Shown here: positions 1 to 11,021 of the stretch, one piece after another
Layout of the letters: each line of letters starts with the position of its first letter
How positions within the stretch are numbered: the stretch's first letter is position 1
Made by a program: the position numbers and the translations under genes
The notes under the pieces: generated by a model
The model's input: the letters and a program-made list of their open reading frames with translations, nothing else
Database searches by the model: none
What the model was told of the DNA's origin: nothing
Origin: a bacterium
GTDB lineage: Bacteria; UBP4; UBA4092; JAOAEQ01
Length of the DNA stretch: 64,000 nt
Reading direction: 5' to 3'
NCBI GenBank assembly: GCA_026416715.1
Contig: JAOAEQ010000004.1
Span: forward strand, 10,956 to 74,955

Positions 1-903
1 AAATTTTCGTTCTTTAACTTCACGCTTAATCCGACAGTTAACTATGCTTTCTTTGCCGGACTCATCGGCGGCTGTTTCTTGACTATGGCAACCCATGGAA
101 CTGACCAATCCGTTGCCCAGCGAATGCTTGCCTGCCGGACAGAAAAGGATAGTAAACGAGCGATTATCGGTAGCGGGATAACGGTTAATGTACAATTTCT
201 TTTCTTTTTATTACTCGGGGTTATGCTCTATGCGTTCTATCAACAGTTCGATCCGAAAGCGACTTTTGACCGGTTCGATGAAGTTTTTCCGCGATTTGCG
301 ATAACCTATCTGCCGATTGGTTTTGGCGGGTTAGTTGTTGCTGGGATATTCGCGGCGGCGATGTCCACTGTCAGTTCAGATATCAACGCACTCGCTAATA
401 CCACGGTTAACGATATTTATAAACGCTATATTAAACCGCAGGCACATGATAACCATTATTTATTGATGAGCAGAATTTTTACCGCATTTTGGGGTATTGT
501 CATGATCCTCATTGGTATAGCAGCTTCAGGGTCGAAACAGACGATCATTGATATGGCATTACAGATTCCGTCGTATACTTTCGGGGCATTACTTGGGATT
601 TTCTTGTTAGGATTATTAACTAAACGAGCGAATGAACTTGGCGCGATTCTCGGTGCGATTGCTGGTGCTTGCACTGTTCTTCTAGCTGCACCGCCTTGGC
701 CATTAAACTTGGTTTATAAAGGGATTTTACCGTTATTGGCAACTAATATTCCCGCAATTGGAAATGCGTTTTTATCCGCAAATCCATCGCTCGATTTACA
801 GACATTGAAACTTGCTTGGCCTTGGTATGCTCCGCTCGGTTGTTTAACCACGATACTGGTAGGATATTTGATAAGTCGCTTATCCTTTGGTAAAATGAAA
901 TGA
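1..903 (+). CDS. Sodium:solute symporter family (SSF) transporter, C-terminal part. The 5' end lies before the window.
   Basis: Frame 1 is open from position 1 with no stop. The translation is multi-TM and hydrophobic with an SSF-like C-terminus (…GIVMILIGIAASGSKQTIIDMALQIP…). Only the ORF from Met79 appears in the track. Confidence 0.7.
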   Translation, partial: KFSFFNFTLNPTVNYAFFAGLIGGCFLTMATHGTDQSVAQRMLACRTEKDSKRAIIGSGITVNVQFLFFLLLGVMLYAFYQQFDPKATFDRFDEVFPRFAITYLPIGFGGLVVAGIFAAAMSTVSSDINALANTTVNDIYKRYIKPQAHDNHYLLMSRIFTAFWGIVMILIGIAASGSKQTIIDMALQIPSYTFGALLGIFLLGLLTKRANELGAILGAIAGACTVLLAAPPWPLNLVYKGILPLLATNIPAIGNAFLSANPSLDLQTLKLAWPWYAPLGCLTTILVGYLISRLSFGKMK

Positions 904-906
904 TAT

Positions 907-1821
907 ATGAATGTTGCAATGAATCAGTTAAGTCAGACAATGTATCAAGAATTGTTAGACCATATCGCTGATGGAATTTTTTTCGTTAATACGAATCGGG
1001 AAATCATCTATTGGAATAAATCAGCAGAATTGATTACGGGATATTCCCGTGAAGAAATAGTTGGGAAACAATGTTCGGAGTCCGGTCTTGACGATATTGA
1101 CGATGCTGGAACAAAACTCTGTGACTTACGCTGTCCGTTATTAGAAGTAGCGAATTCGGGTAGAAAGGTAGTATCGAAAGTATGGGCGAAAAATAAGGAC
1201 GGACAACGAATCCATCTCGCCATCCGTGCGATACCTTTATGTAATAGCGATAATCGTATGATTGGAGCGGTAACCCTATTTACCGACCAGTCTAGTCTAG
1301 ATAAACTAGCTGCGACGGAGAATCTTATCTCTGAATTAACCATTCGAGATACGCTCACCAACGTTTATAATCGTCGGTATATAAGTGAAGTATTATTGAA
1401 ACAGATAGCGTTAAAAAAGCGCGGTCAAATCTCGTTCGGATTAATTATGGTTGATATCGACCGGTTCAAACGGATTAATGATACGTATGGCGAACAAATC
1501 GGAAACGAAATCCTATATCAGATAGCAACATTGTTAAATGTGAGTGTTCGTTTACCGGATTTAGTCGCGCGATGGGGCGGAGAAGAATTTCTGATTTTAG
1601 CGTATACCAATTCAATGCTCGGCTGTAAACAGCTGGCGGAACGACTCCGTCAGACTATTGAACTCCATAAATTTCCCGTTGAAGATATTATCATAACCGC
1701 TAGTTTCGGATGTACATTCGTTAAAGGAGATGATACGTTCGAAAAGCTCATTAGCCGTGCTGAAAAAGCATTGTTGCGCGCGAAAGAAATCGGACGAAAT
1801 CGCGTCGCCTTGTTTGAATAG
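907..1821 (+). CDS. PAS-domain diguanylate cyclase (GGDEF)
   Basis: N-terminal PAS-like segment (DGIFFVNTNREIIYWNKSAELITGYSREEIVGK). C-terminal GGDEF domain with RYISE…MVDIDRFKRINDTYG…GGEEF motif. Confidence 0.8.
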   Translation: MNVAMNQLSQTMYQELLDHIADGIFFVNTNREIIYWNKSAELITGYSREEIVGKQCSESGLDDIDDAGTKLCDLRCPLLEVANSGRKVVSKVWAKNKDGQRIHLAIRAIPLCNSDNRMIGAVTLFTDQSSLDKLAATENLISELTIRDTLTNVYNRRYISEVLLKQIALKKRGQISFGLIMVDIDRFKRINDTYGEQIGNEILYQIATLLNVSVRLPDLVARWGGEEFLILAYTNSMLGCKQLAERLRQTIELHKFPVEDIIITASFGCTFVKGDDTFEKLISRAEKALLRAKEIGRNRVALFE

Positions 1822-1902
1822 CCGTTTTCTCCCTAGTTCTGTAATACAACGGGGTAAATAACGGTAACTCAAATCATAATAAAAGTTAGGTCGAAATTTT
1901 TT

Positions 1903-3189
1903 ATGGTAACACTAAAAGACATTAAAATTGGAATAGGCTATCCACTCGTGCTTATTGCTGGACCTTGCGTAATCGAAAATCCAACGATGGCTTTTGAGCT
2001 CGCGCAAGAATTGAAATCGATTGCGCAACAGGTTGGGATTCCGTTCATTTATAAAGCATCGTATGATAAAGCGAATCGGTCAAGTATCAGGTCGTTTCGT
2101 GGACCTGGCCTAAAAGAAGGTATAAAAATCCTTGCGAAAATAAAAAAGAAAGTCGCTGTCCCGATTTTAACTGATGTCCATTGTGTAACTCAGGTAGAAA
2201 CGGTCGCTGAAGTTGCGGATATCATGCAAATTCCAGCGTTTTTATGCCGACAGACGGATTTAGTCGTTACCGTAGCGAAGACCGGGAAAATCGTTAATGT
2301 TAAAAAAGGGCAGTTCCTTTCCCCATGGGAGATGAACAATATTATCGAGAAAATTGAATCAACCGGTAATAAACAAATTTTATTAACTGAACGAGGGACT
2401 TCGTTTGGATATAATAATCTTGTCGTTGATATGCGTTCGTTACCGATATTGCGCTCGTTCGGTTATCCAGTTATCTTTGATGGAACCCATTCAGTTCAGC
2501 AGCCGGGTGGTGCGGGAGATAAAACGAGTGGTGACCGGACGATGGTGCCCTATCTCTGCCGAGCAGCGGTTGCAGTTGGTTGTGATGGAATATTCCTTGA
2601 AGTACATCAGCAGCCGGAATTAGCGAAAAGCGATGCTGCAAATGCGCTAGCGCTTGGTAATTTAAAGCCGTTATTACAGCAACTTATCCAAATCCATAAG
2701 ATTCATTTCACAAATGAAACTAAAATTACAGAGTTCGCTGATTCTTCTAAATCTCAACCTGCAGTGGGAAGTTCAAATCGTCAATCTGCAATCCTGTATA
2801 TTGACGGGGCGTCACGGGGTAATCCTGGCGATGCAGGGATAGGTATTCTGCTTACCGATACACAGGGGAACGAACTCGGGCGTATGGCGAAATATATTGG
2901 TAAAACGACCAATAATGTTGCGGAATATACCGCATTGATTGAAGGATTACAATTGGCGCAAACGTTAGGAATCGAAGAACTTCAGATTATTTCTGATAGT
3001 GAACTGTTAGTCCGTCAGCTTAGTGGGAAGTATAACATTAAACAACCGCATCTAAAACAGCTCTATCACCAGGTTAAACAGTTATCTACCCAGTTTAGAA
3101 AGACTACCGTGAATCACGTTCCACGAGAAAAGAATCGCGACGCTGATAGACTGGCCAACGAAGCTATCGACGAAAAAAATAATTTATAG
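1903..3189 (+). CDS. kdsA: 3-deoxy-8-phosphooctulonate (KDO-8-P) synthase fused in-frame to a C-terminal RNase H-like domain
   Basis: The first ~270 aa are full-length KdsA (…LIAGPCVIEN…DGTHSVQQPGG…). After a ~20 aa linker comes an RNase HI-like domain (YIDGASRGNPGDAGIG…AEYTALIEGL…ISDSELLV…REKNRDADRLANEA). It is a single 428-aa ORF with no stop. Confidence 0.8.
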   Translation: MVTLKDIKIGIGYPLVLIAGPCVIENPTMAFELAQELKSIAQQVGIPFIYKASYDKANRSSIRSFRGPGLKEGIKILAKIKKKVAVPILTDVHCVTQVETVAEVADIMQIPAFLCRQTDLVVTVAKTGKIVNVKKGQFLSPWEMNNIIEKIESTGNKQILLTERGTSFGYNNLVVDMRSLPILRSFGYPVIFDGTHSVQQPGGAGDKTSGDRTMVPYLCRAAVAVGCDGIFLEVHQQPELAKSDAANALALGNLKPLLQQLIQIHKIHFTNETKITEFADSSKSQPAVGSSNRQSAILYIDGASRGNPGDAGIGILLTDTQGNELGRMAKYIGKTTNNVAEYTALIEGLQLAQTLGIEELQIISDSELLVRQLSGKYNIKQPHLKQLYHQVKQLSTQFRKTTVNHVPREKNRDADRLANEAIDEKNNL

Positions 3190-3303
3190 ATTAAACCGAC
3201 GAAAGGTACGATTGTTTTACCTTGAACTGCGCTAGAGACGGAAATATCCAGCAACCATAGTCAGCTCATTGGCAAAAATTAGTGGAATCAATTTGAAACC
3301 GGG

Positions 3304-3999
3304 TTAATCTAGTTGAACCGTGGTACGTGCATATTTCCGGTCATACAATTTCTGGTCATACGGCGCACGTCGTCCAGGACAAATTTCTCGCGGGCATAAT
3401 TGACAGCTTTCAAAATCGACTTCAGTTGGAAATCGTATTCCAGAAATGGATTTTGTCGGCACCATTACCATACTTTCCGTTAAAGTTACTCCGATGGTTT
3501 CTTGTGTATCTCCTAGTAATGAAAAGAGAATCCGCTGTTCTGAAATTGGCCAATCGTCAAGCGATCCCGGACTCATAGTAGCGGATTTTCCGGGATGGAA
3601 TGTTTGAACGAGATGGGAATTCATCATATCAAACGCGATGGTTAACGCTTCAGCTTTAATTGCATCTGCCCAATATTGATGTAATGGGTCAGCAATCTTA
3701 TTCGCCCAAGTTTCCAATTCCGTTCCGCACGTAGCTACATAAAGGAACACTCGATGGGCGTGTTCTAAATTAACCCGCAACACACGGCTGGTAAACCGTT
3801 TACCGTCCAGTTCGATATAGTCTTCACCTTTAGCATCAATATAGAACGGTTTATATAATCCTTTCGGTTTTCCGATTGATTCCGCTTCTTCTACCAATAC
3901 AGTTAATTCGTTATCGAAACGAGTATCATCAGGTGGTATCCGTAACCGAGATTTTAACTTATCTCGATTTAGTTTGAATGGTTCTGCAATAACTATCAT
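3304..3999 (-). CDS. Hypothetical protein, possibly methionine synthase activation (reactivation) domain-like
   Basis: 231-aa ORF. It has an …SPGSLDDWPISEQ… motif reminiscent of the MetH activation domain (xPGYxxxPxxxEK) and a C-terminal Cys cluster (CQLCPREICPG). The family assignment is tentative. Confidence 0.4.
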   Translation of the reverse strand: MIVIAEPFKLNRDKLKSRLRIPPDDTRFDNELTVLVEEAESIGKPKGLYKPFYIDAKGEDYIELDGKRFTSRVLRVNLEHAHRVFLYVATCGTELETWANKIADPLHQYWADAIKAEALTIAFDMMNSHLVQTFHPGKSATMSPGSLDDWPISEQRILFSLLGDTQETIGVTLTESMVMVPTKSISGIRFPTEVDFESCQLCPREICPGRRAPYDQKLYDRKYARTTVQLD

Positions 4000-4016
4000 A
4001 GATTAAACACAGCAGA

Positions 4017-6047
4017 TTACTTACCGTAAAGAATCGCTTTTACGCTCCCCACAATATTTTCTACCGTAAAACCGTATTCTTTCAGCAAGACTTCTGCCGG
4101 CGCTGATGCCCCGAACGTATTGATTCCGATAATCTGACCGGAATCGCCGACATATTTATACCAGCCGAGTGGTGACCCAGCTTCAATAGCAATACGTTTT
4201 TTAACCGTTTTCGGTAATACCGAGTCTTGATATTCTATCGATTGCCGTTCAAATAATTCCCAGGACGGCATACTCACGACTCGAACCCCGGTTATATTCT
4301 CTTGTTTCAATACTTCCTGTGCTGCTAATGCGAGATGGACTTCTGAACCGGTAGCTATTAAGATAATTTCCGGCGGATTTTTTTCACTCTCAGAAATGAC
4401 ATACGCTCCTTTAACCAAATTTTCCGCAGCAGCATATTTTTTCCGATCAATAATCGGCAATTTCTGCCGGGTTAATACTAACGCTACTGGTCCGCCACGA
4501 TGTTCAATGGCAATTTTCCACGCTACTGCAGTTTCAGTGGCATCCGCTGGTCGGATAACCAGCAAATTCGGAATCGCCCGTAACGCCATTAACTGTTCAA
4601 TCGGTTGATGGGTCGGTCCATCTTCACCCAGCGCTATACTATCATGAGTAAAAACATATATCGGCTTAATTTTCATCAACGCAGCTAATCGAATTGGTGG
4701 TCGCATATAATCCGAAAAAACGAGAAAGGTTGCACCGTAAGGTATAATTCCATCGGTAAGCGCCAGTCCATTGAGGATTCCGCCCATTCCATGTTCCCGA
4801 ACCCCGAAATGCACGTTTCGTCCGCTATAATTTTCCGGCTCGAAATCGCCAAACCCGGTTAGAATCGTCTCGGTTGACGGCGCTAAATCCGCAGAACCAC
4901 CGAGTAGCGTTGGCAATTGCGGAGCGATTGCATTGAGTACTTTTCCAGACGCTTGCCGAGTCGCTATCAAGCCCAATGCTGGATTAAATATCGGGATATT
5001 TCGCTCCCAGTTTTCCGGAAGAGTACCATTCTGTAACCGGAGATATTCTTCCGCTAACTCCGGATATTGTTTCTGATATTCTGCAAAGAGATTCTTCCAT
5101 TTCGCTTCTGCTTGTTCTCCATAAACCACTGCTCGCTGCATAAATGTTTTCACTTCTTCCGGAATATAGAACTGTTTTTCCGGATCCCAACCGAGTTGTC
5201 GTTTAGTCAATTTAACTTCTTCGACGCCAAGTGGTGCACCGTGTGCTTCCGGCGTATCCTGTTTATTCGGGCTCCCGTAACCGATATGGGTTCTGATTTT
5301 AATCAACGACGGTTTATCCTTAACCGATTGAGCGGTTCTAATTGCGGTAGCGATTGCCTCAATATCATTACCATCAGGGAGAACTTGAACGTGCCAGCCG
5401 AATGATTCAAACCGGTTGACCGTATCTTCGGTGAAAGTTATCTCTGTTTTCCCTTCAATAGAAATATGGTTGTCATCATAAAGGTAGATGAGGTTGCCTA
5501 ATTTCAGATGACCGGCTAACGAACCGGCTTCTGAAGATATTCCTTCCATCAAATCACCGTCGGTCACTATTGCGTAGATATAATAATCAACAATTTCAAA
5601 TCCCGGTCGATTGTACCGTGCAGCGAGATATTTCTGACCGATAGCAAGTCCGACTCCGTTGGCAAACCCTTGCCCGAGCGGACCGGTGGTCGTTTCAACG
5701 CCGTAATTCAAGTTATATTCAGGATGGCCAGGCGTTTTGCTCCTTAACTGCCGAAACTTTTTGATTTCATCTAACGATAAATCGTATCCGGTCAGATGGA
5801 GAAGACTATAGAGGAGCATTGACCCATGTCCGCCGGAAAGAATGAAGCGATCGCGGTTTTGCCATCGTGGATTTTTCGGATTATGTTTGAGAAATCGCGT
5901 CCAGAGGATATACGCCATTGGCGCGGCGCCGAGTGGCATCCCTGGATGACCGGAATTAGCTTGTTGAATCGCATCAATGGCTAAACACCGGATAGTGTTT
6001 ATGCAGAGTTGATCCAAACTTTGCTGGGTATCGTATATCATGGTCAT
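4017..6047 (-). CDS. tkt: Transketolase
   Basis: 676 aa. N-terminal TPP-binding region (…[14 protein letters not shown]…[16 protein letters not shown]…) and full transketolase architecture. Confidence 0.9.
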   Translation of the reverse strand: MTMIYDTQQSLDQLCINTIRCLAIDAIQQANSGHPGMPLGAAPMAYILWTRFLKHNPKNPRWQNRDRFILSGGHGSMLLYSLLHLTGYDLSLDEIKKFRQLRSKTPGHPEYNLNYGVETTTGPLGQGFANGVGLAIGQKYLAARYNRPGFEIVDYYIYAIVTDGDLMEGISSEAGSLAGHLKLGNLIYLYDDNHISIEGKTEITFTEDTVNRFESFGWHVQVLPDGNDIEAIATAIRTAQSVKDKPSLIKIRTHIGYGSPNKQDTPEAHGAPLGVEEVKLTKRQLGWDPEKQFYIPEEVKTFMQRAVVYGEQAEAKWKNLFAEYQKQYPELAEEYLRLQNGTLPENWERNIPIFNPALGLIATRQASGKVLNAIAPQLPTLLGGSADLAPSTETILTGFGDFEPENYSGRNVHFGVREHGMGGILNGLALTDGIIPYGATFLVFSDYMRPPIRLAALMKIKPIYVFTHDSIALGEDGPTHQPIEQLMALRAIPNLLVIRPADATETAVAWKIAIEHRGGPVALVLTRQKLPIIDRKKYAAAENLVKGAYVISESEKNPPEIILIATGSEVHLALAAQEVLKQENITGVRVVSMPSWELFERQSIEYQDSVLPKTVKKRIAIEAGSPLGWYKYVGDSGQIIGINTFGASAPAEVLLKEYGFTVENIVGSVKAILYGK

Positions 6048-6179
6048 CCTTCGAATTTATGAAAATTATAGTTATGTTGAATTAATTAGTATAGCGAACA
6101 TCAATAGGTTGGGCAACTGAAAAACAGAGCAATCCGATGGATTCGATAGTGGAGTTACTACGAACGAGATCGAGTCATT

Positions 6180-6683
6180 TTATGGTGAAGGTTGACTCGT
6201 GAATTGCAGGATGCAGTATTCCGCACCTTTACAAAGTTGAGTTTGGTAGGTAAATGTTATTCGGTCACTAAATTCTTGAGCAAAAACTTTAAATTCAGTC
6301 GAACAGATTCGGTCATCAAAGTTTTTCTCGCGAAACAGATGCTCGCGACCGGATTTAACCCGTAACGTATACCATGGGCAGGATTTAATTACGATGTTGA
6401 ATGCAGTTTTATCGGGTTTTTTCTCGGCGATATATGCAAACCTATCCAGCGTTAATTTCTGGAGAAAACATTCGAATAATGCATCGAAACCCGATTCAAC
6501 ATTCAGGAACGATTTTAACATTCGCGCCTGAATTTTCGGCAGAACTTTCCAGACCGCAGTATCAATATCCATAGCGGTTACAAAATCGAACTTCTCTTCA
6601 GTTTTAACGAACCACAATCCATCAACCGTTTTATAACTTCGGTGATAATATTCAATCATTTGCTCTTGAGTTAACTCTGACAT
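6180..6683 (-). CDS. Hypothetical cytoplasmic protein (family not recognised with certainty)
   Basis: 167-aa ORF of coding-like composition, with conserved-looking Cys/Trp positions. No confident family match by eye. Confidence 0.5.
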   Translation of the reverse strand: MSELTQEQMIEYYHRSYKTVDGLWFVKTEEKFDFVTAMDIDTAVWKVLPKIQARMLKSFLNVESGFDALFECFLQKLTLDRFAYIAEKKPDKTAFNIVIKSCPWYTLRVKSGREHLFREKNFDDRICSTEFKVFAQEFSDRITFTYQTQLCKGAEYCILQFTSQPSP

Positions 6684-6742
6684 AATGAATGCTTATAAAC
6701 CTCAAAGAATTTGCGGGGTTGGTTCGGGTATTCCCATTAAGA

Positions 6743-8458
6743 TTAATTCCGTTGAATTTTATAAATTTGAATTATCGGACCCGGTCGAACCCGCATAAAT
6801 AAGGTCTCGGTCGGAAAACCTTCCGGTTTCGGGGCTGGAATGATATTATTCCGATACGGACTGAACCGAGCGATTAGCTCCGTTTCTTTTGGTAACGATT
6901 CATAGAACTTGATTGCCTCAGGATTATGTTCCGGACGAACCCAATATCGTAAATAGGTATAACTTGCGATAATCAGATAATCATACCGTTGTTCGCGATA
7001 ATAGTTCAGCGGATATAGTGCTGCTCCTTTCGTTGGAAGTTGAGTGACTTGATATCGTTCTCTAGCAGTATCTAACGAAACCCATGATTTTAAAGATTCG
7101 CGATAATGCGTTAACGGCGGACCGTATCCTTCCATAGCGATTTTACTTCCAGCAGGAATATTTTGTTCAACCCATTCTTTAGCAATCGTTCGCGTGTCTT
7201 TTTGCGTAAATAGATAATTTGAATAACTCGCTTGCACCAGCGGTTGAATGATAACAATACCAGTGCATAATGGCAAGATAACCTTTTCTATTTTAGGTAT
7301 TTTGGTCAACACATCGAAGATGAAAATAGCGCTAGCACAGCATAGAAATGGTAAAACCGGTAACATATATCGGTCGTACACCAATTTAGAATCTGACATA
7401 AATACATAGTAAATCGGCGGAAATAGAAATACCATGATTCCGTTTAATTTATATTTATAGAGACAATAACCGATACCTACAAGTCCAGAAATGAAAATGA
7501 ATAAACCCAGTTGCCAGTTTAACGATTGGAGATAGAAAAGATATCCATTTACATCCGGGTCAATTCCCCAATGACCGGTTTTATCCATATACCGCAGATT
7601 CTGAATCGAGGCGATGAACTTGGGATAATCTAGCAGGGCATAGGGACAGGCAATAAAGAAACCAATGAACGTAACCACGAAAAAAAGCAAGAACCATCCT
7701 AGCTGCTGTTTCCAATTCGTACCCAAATTGTTTCTGCGCAACAGCAATGCGAACATAATCGGAATCACAATGAACCCGGCGGTATATTTAAATCCGACCG
7801 CAATTCCGGCGAAAAAACCAGCAAGTAATACGAGCAATCTTTCTTTTCGCCCTGATTGTAGTTGGGGAATATCGGATTTTAATCCTGTATGATTTGTATC
7901 GTGAAGTAAGGTTTTTTCTGAAAAATAGAATTGAACCATACAATAAAATGCAAGAATAAGGAAAAATGCCATTGGAATGTCCGGAACCGCATAATGGGAA
8001 TCGCGAATATGCCCAAACGATACGGCGAGAAATAATGCGGCAAGTAGTCCTACCGTTCGATTCACTGTTTTTTTCCCAATCAAATAGGTTAGCCAAACTG
8101 TTCCTACGCCGAACAATGCTGCGGTGAGTCGTCCGAGCAACACATAAATAGATGGATCCTGATAATAGAGGATAGCTAAATCCCGTGGAGAATGGAAGAT
8201 TGAAAAAAGTCGGCCGATTAGATAGAGTAACCCATATTCAAAAAAGAGTAGATAACTATATCCAGTCGGGTTGTCGAAATAGCCAACATTCAATCCGACT
8301 ACACCGACTTTCAATCCGAGAATAACGTATTTAACCTCGTCAGGATGGTATTGTTCCGGTAATCCGAACTGGATACCCCAGATTCTCATCAGTAAAGCGA
8401 ATGCTAAAATACCAATGAGCCATTTATGCTCAGATAATATTTTGTATAATCGATTCAT
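6743..8458 (-). CDS. Glycosyltransferase family 39 (ArnT/PMT-like) integral membrane protein
   Basis: 571 aa with >10 predicted TM helices. N-terminal region (…RIWGIQFGLPEQYHPDEVKYV…) is typical of the GT39/PMT_2 dolichyl/undecaprenyl-phosphate-sugar transferase family. Confidence 0.7.
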   Translation of the reverse strand: MNRLYKILSEHKWLIGILAFALLMRIWGIQFGLPEQYHPDEVKYVILGLKVGVVGLNVGYFDNPTGYSYLLFFEYGLLYLIGRLFSIFHSPRDLAILYYQDPSIYVLLGRLTAALFGVGTVWLTYLIGKKTVNRTVGLLAALFLAVSFGHIRDSHYAVPDIPMAFFLILAFYCMVQFYFSEKTLLHDTNHTGLKSDIPQLQSGRKERLLVLLAGFFAGIAVGFKYTAGFIVIPIMFALLLRRNNLGTNWKQQLGWFLLFFVVTFIGFFIACPYALLDYPKFIASIQNLRYMDKTGHWGIDPDVNGYLFYLQSLNWQLGLFIFISGLVGIGYCLYKYKLNGIMVFLFPPIYYVFMSDSKLVYDRYMLPVLPFLCCASAIFIFDVLTKIPKIEKVILPLCTGIVIIQPLVQASYSNYLFTQKDTRTIAKEWVEQNIPAGSKIAMEGYGPPLTHYRESLKSWVSLDTARERYQVTQLPTKGAALYPLNYYREQRYDYLIIASYTYLRYWVRPEHNPEAIKFYESLPKETELIARFSPYRNNIIPAPKPEGFPTETLFMRVRPGPIIQIYKIQRN

Positions 8459-8576
8459 AATTGCAGAGTTTAAATAAATGCTAATAACCGAACTTCTAAC
8501 TAGAAGTTAACTGGACTGTGTAGTACCCACAAACCATTTGCGAGAAAAACATTTAGCTGGTGCGTGATTACACAGT

Positions 8577-9512
8577 TTAGGTATTAGAATTTGCCATGAA
8601 TCGCATCACGTCATCGTATGTCGGCATCGACGGTTGAGCGCCCATTTTGGTTACGGATAACGCGCCGACATAATTCGCAAATTGTACCGCTTCAAGTAAC
8701 GATTTTCCAGTAGCTAATGCAACGGCAAGACCGCCGTTGAACGCATCACCTGCTGCCGTAGTATCAACTGCGGTCACTTTCGGTGCCGGAATTAACTTCG
8801 TTGTTTCAGCAGTTACTACCAGTGCACCCGCAGCGCCTAGCGTTACTATAACGGTTTCCACCCCTAGTTCAATTAATTTTTTCCCAGCGGTTTCCGCAGT
8901 AGATGTATCATTAACCTTAATGCCGGATAATATACTCGCTTCAGTTTCATTAGGCGTTAAATAGGTTATCTCATGGAGTAAGTTTGGAGATAATGTCGTT
9001 GCCGGAGCAGGATTGAGTATAACCGGAACATTATACGATTGCGCTAGTGAAACCGTATATTCAACGGTGGCTATCGGAATTTCGAGTTGCAGTAAAATCA
9101 CCGCCGCAGTTCGAATAATCGCTTCCGCCTGCTGGACATCATCAGGACTTAATTTCGCATTTGACCCTGGCGCAACCACGATAACATTTTCTCCGTGTTC
9201 ATCAACGAAAATCAGCGCTACTCCAGATGGAGTCTCTGGGTCGCGTTGAATATAACGCGTATTAATTCTGTTTGCGATAAAATTGGATAGCGAACTATCG
9301 CCAAAAATATCGTTTCCAACTCGCGCAATGAAGGTTACCTGCGCTCCAAGCCGAGATGCTGCTACCGCTTGGTTTGCTCCTTTCCCGCCGGGAACCATAA
9401 TAAATTCACGGCCAAGAATTGTTTCTCCTTTAACTGGGATTCGAGGAGTTTTAACTACCATATCGGTATTCGAACTACCGACCACAACGATATTTGGATT
9501 AGATTGACTCAT
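8577..9512 (-). CDS. rbsK: Ribokinase (PfkB family)
   Basis: IVVVGSSNTDMVV…GGKGANQAVAA… and C-terminal DTTAAGDAFNG anion-hole motif. Confidence 0.8.
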   Translation of the reverse strand: MSQSNPNIVVVGSSNTDMVVKTPRIPVKGETILGREFIMVPGGKGANQAVAASRLGAQVTFIARVGNDIFGDSSLSNFIANRINTRYIQRDPETPSGVALIFVDEHGENVIVVAPGSNAKLSPDDVQQAEAIIRTAAVILLQLEIPIATVEYTVSLAQSYNVPVILNPAPATTLSPNLLHEITYLTPNETEASILSGIKVNDTSTAETAGKKLIELGVETVIVTLGAAGALVVTAETTKLIPAPKVTAVDTTAAGDAFNGGLAVALATGKSLLEAVQFANYVGALSVTKMGAQPSMPTYDDVMRFMANSNT

Positions 9513-9609
9513 TGAGTTACCTCAAAGTGATTCAAATAAATGAAACTGGTAAACTTAGTATATTGAAAATCTCTCTTTGTGTAAAATATGTTAATCGGGA
9601 ATTAAACGT

Positions 9610-10914
9610 TTATTTTATTACCTTTAGTATCAGTTTTGGTGGTATAGGTCTTTTTCTTCCGATTGAAAATGCGGATGTGATTAAACCAATAGATTCCTTT
9701 AATTGTTTCGTTTGATTATATAAAACCGTCGCAATCGGTTCATCCTTTTGGACAACCTCGCCGATTTTTTTATGGATAATGATTCCAACTGCATGGTCAA
9801 TCGGTGCACCGAGTTCCTTTCGTCCAGCACCGAGATACACGGAAGCAAGTCCAATATGATACGCATCAACTTTTTGAATATACCCAGTTTGGGTCGCACG
9901 GAGAATCTTACGATATTTCGCTTGCGGTAATCGATCCGGATGCTCGACAATACTCGGGTCACCGCCTTGTTCTTTAACCATTTCGATAAACTTTTTTAAT
10001 CCCGCACCGGAACGAATCAATTCCGTTATCTTCTTTTTTCCAGATTCAACCGTTGAGACTACTTTCCCGAGCCACAGCATATATCCGCCTAGCGTTACCG
10101 TTATTTCAACTAAATCCGCTGGCCCGTTCCCTTTTAATACGTCAATACATTCCTGCACTTCTACTGCATTACCTACCGCATTGCCTAATGGTTGGTTCAT
10201 ATCAGTTATCAGCGCAACCGCTGACCGGTTCAGCTGTTTTGCTATCCCTACCAAAGTTTTTGCAAGGGTAACCGCATCGGAATATTTCTGCATAAACGCG
10301 CCGGAACCGGTTTTAACATCAAATACGATTCCGTTCGCTCCTTCAGCGAGTTTTTTACTCATAATACTTCCGGCAATTAACGGAATACATTCTACCGTTG
10401 CTGTTACATCGCGTAACGCATAGAGTTTTTTATCCGCAGGAACTAGCTCAGCTGTTTGTCCAATCATAGCGACATTAATCTTTTTCAATAGCCGTATGAA
10501 TTCTGCAATAGTGAGATTAGTTCTAAATCCGGGGATAGATTCGAGTTTATCCAAGGTTCCGCCGGTATGGCCGAGTCCACGACCGGAAATCATCGGAACC
10601 GGAACTCCAGCAGCAGCGACTAACGGCGCTAGTGCGATACTAACCTTATCCCCAACCCCGCCTGTACTATGTTTATCAACCGAAATTTTCTTGAGCATAG
10701 ATAAATCAATAGTTTTGCCGGAACGGAGCATCGTTTCGGTTAAAATTGCTGTTTCAGTCGGAGTCATTCCCCGGAAATAAGATGCCATAAGAAATGCACT
10801 CATTTGATAATCCGGAATCGTTCCTTGAGTATAGCCATTTATTAGAAAAGCGAGTTCTTCCGCCGAGAGTTCTATTCCATTACGTTTTTTGCGTATGATA
10901 TCGTAAGCGAGCAT
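9610..10914 (-). CDS. pdp: Pyrimidine-nucleoside (thymidine) phosphorylase
   Basis: 434 aa. …HSTGGVGDKVSIALAPLVAAAGVPVPMISGRGLGHTGGTLDKLESIPGF… is the hallmark of the glycosyltransferase family 3 phosphorylases. Confidence 0.85.
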   Translation of the reverse strand: MLAYDIIRKKRNGIELSAEELAFLINGYTQGTIPDYQMSAFLMASYFRGMTPTETAILTETMLRSGKTIDLSMLKKISVDKHSTGGVGDKVSIALAPLVAAAGVPVPMISGRGLGHTGGTLDKLESIPGFRTNLTIAEFIRLLKKINVAMIGQTAELVPADKKLYALRDVTATVECIPLIAGSIMSKKLAEGANGIVFDVKTGSGAFMQKYSDAVTLAKTLVGIAKQLNRSAVALITDMNQPLGNAVGNAVEVQECIDVLKGNGPADLVEITVTLGGYMLWLGKVVSTVESGKKKITELIRSGAGLKKFIEMVKEQGGDPSIVEHPDRLPQAKYRKILRATQTGYIQKVDAYHIGLASVYLGAGRKELGAPIDHAVGIIIHKKIGEVVQKDEPIATVLYNQTKQLKESIGLITSAFSIGRKRPIPPKLILKVIK

Positions 10915-11021
10915 AAACTTAAAATTTCGGATTGGTATGTTAAGTATATGTTAAACAGTTAAATGAATTACATCAGACACTAAACTGACGAGGTTCGAAT
11001 CCGGGAAATCCTTTTTTGCTC

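Noticed and set aside
10985-11010. GGTTCGAATCC T-loop-like motif that could suggest a tRNA between the two phosphorylase genes
   Set aside because: The flanking bases do not form a T-stem or acceptor stem on either strand, and the motif is itself palindromic. No cloverleaf can be drawn, so no tRNA is called.
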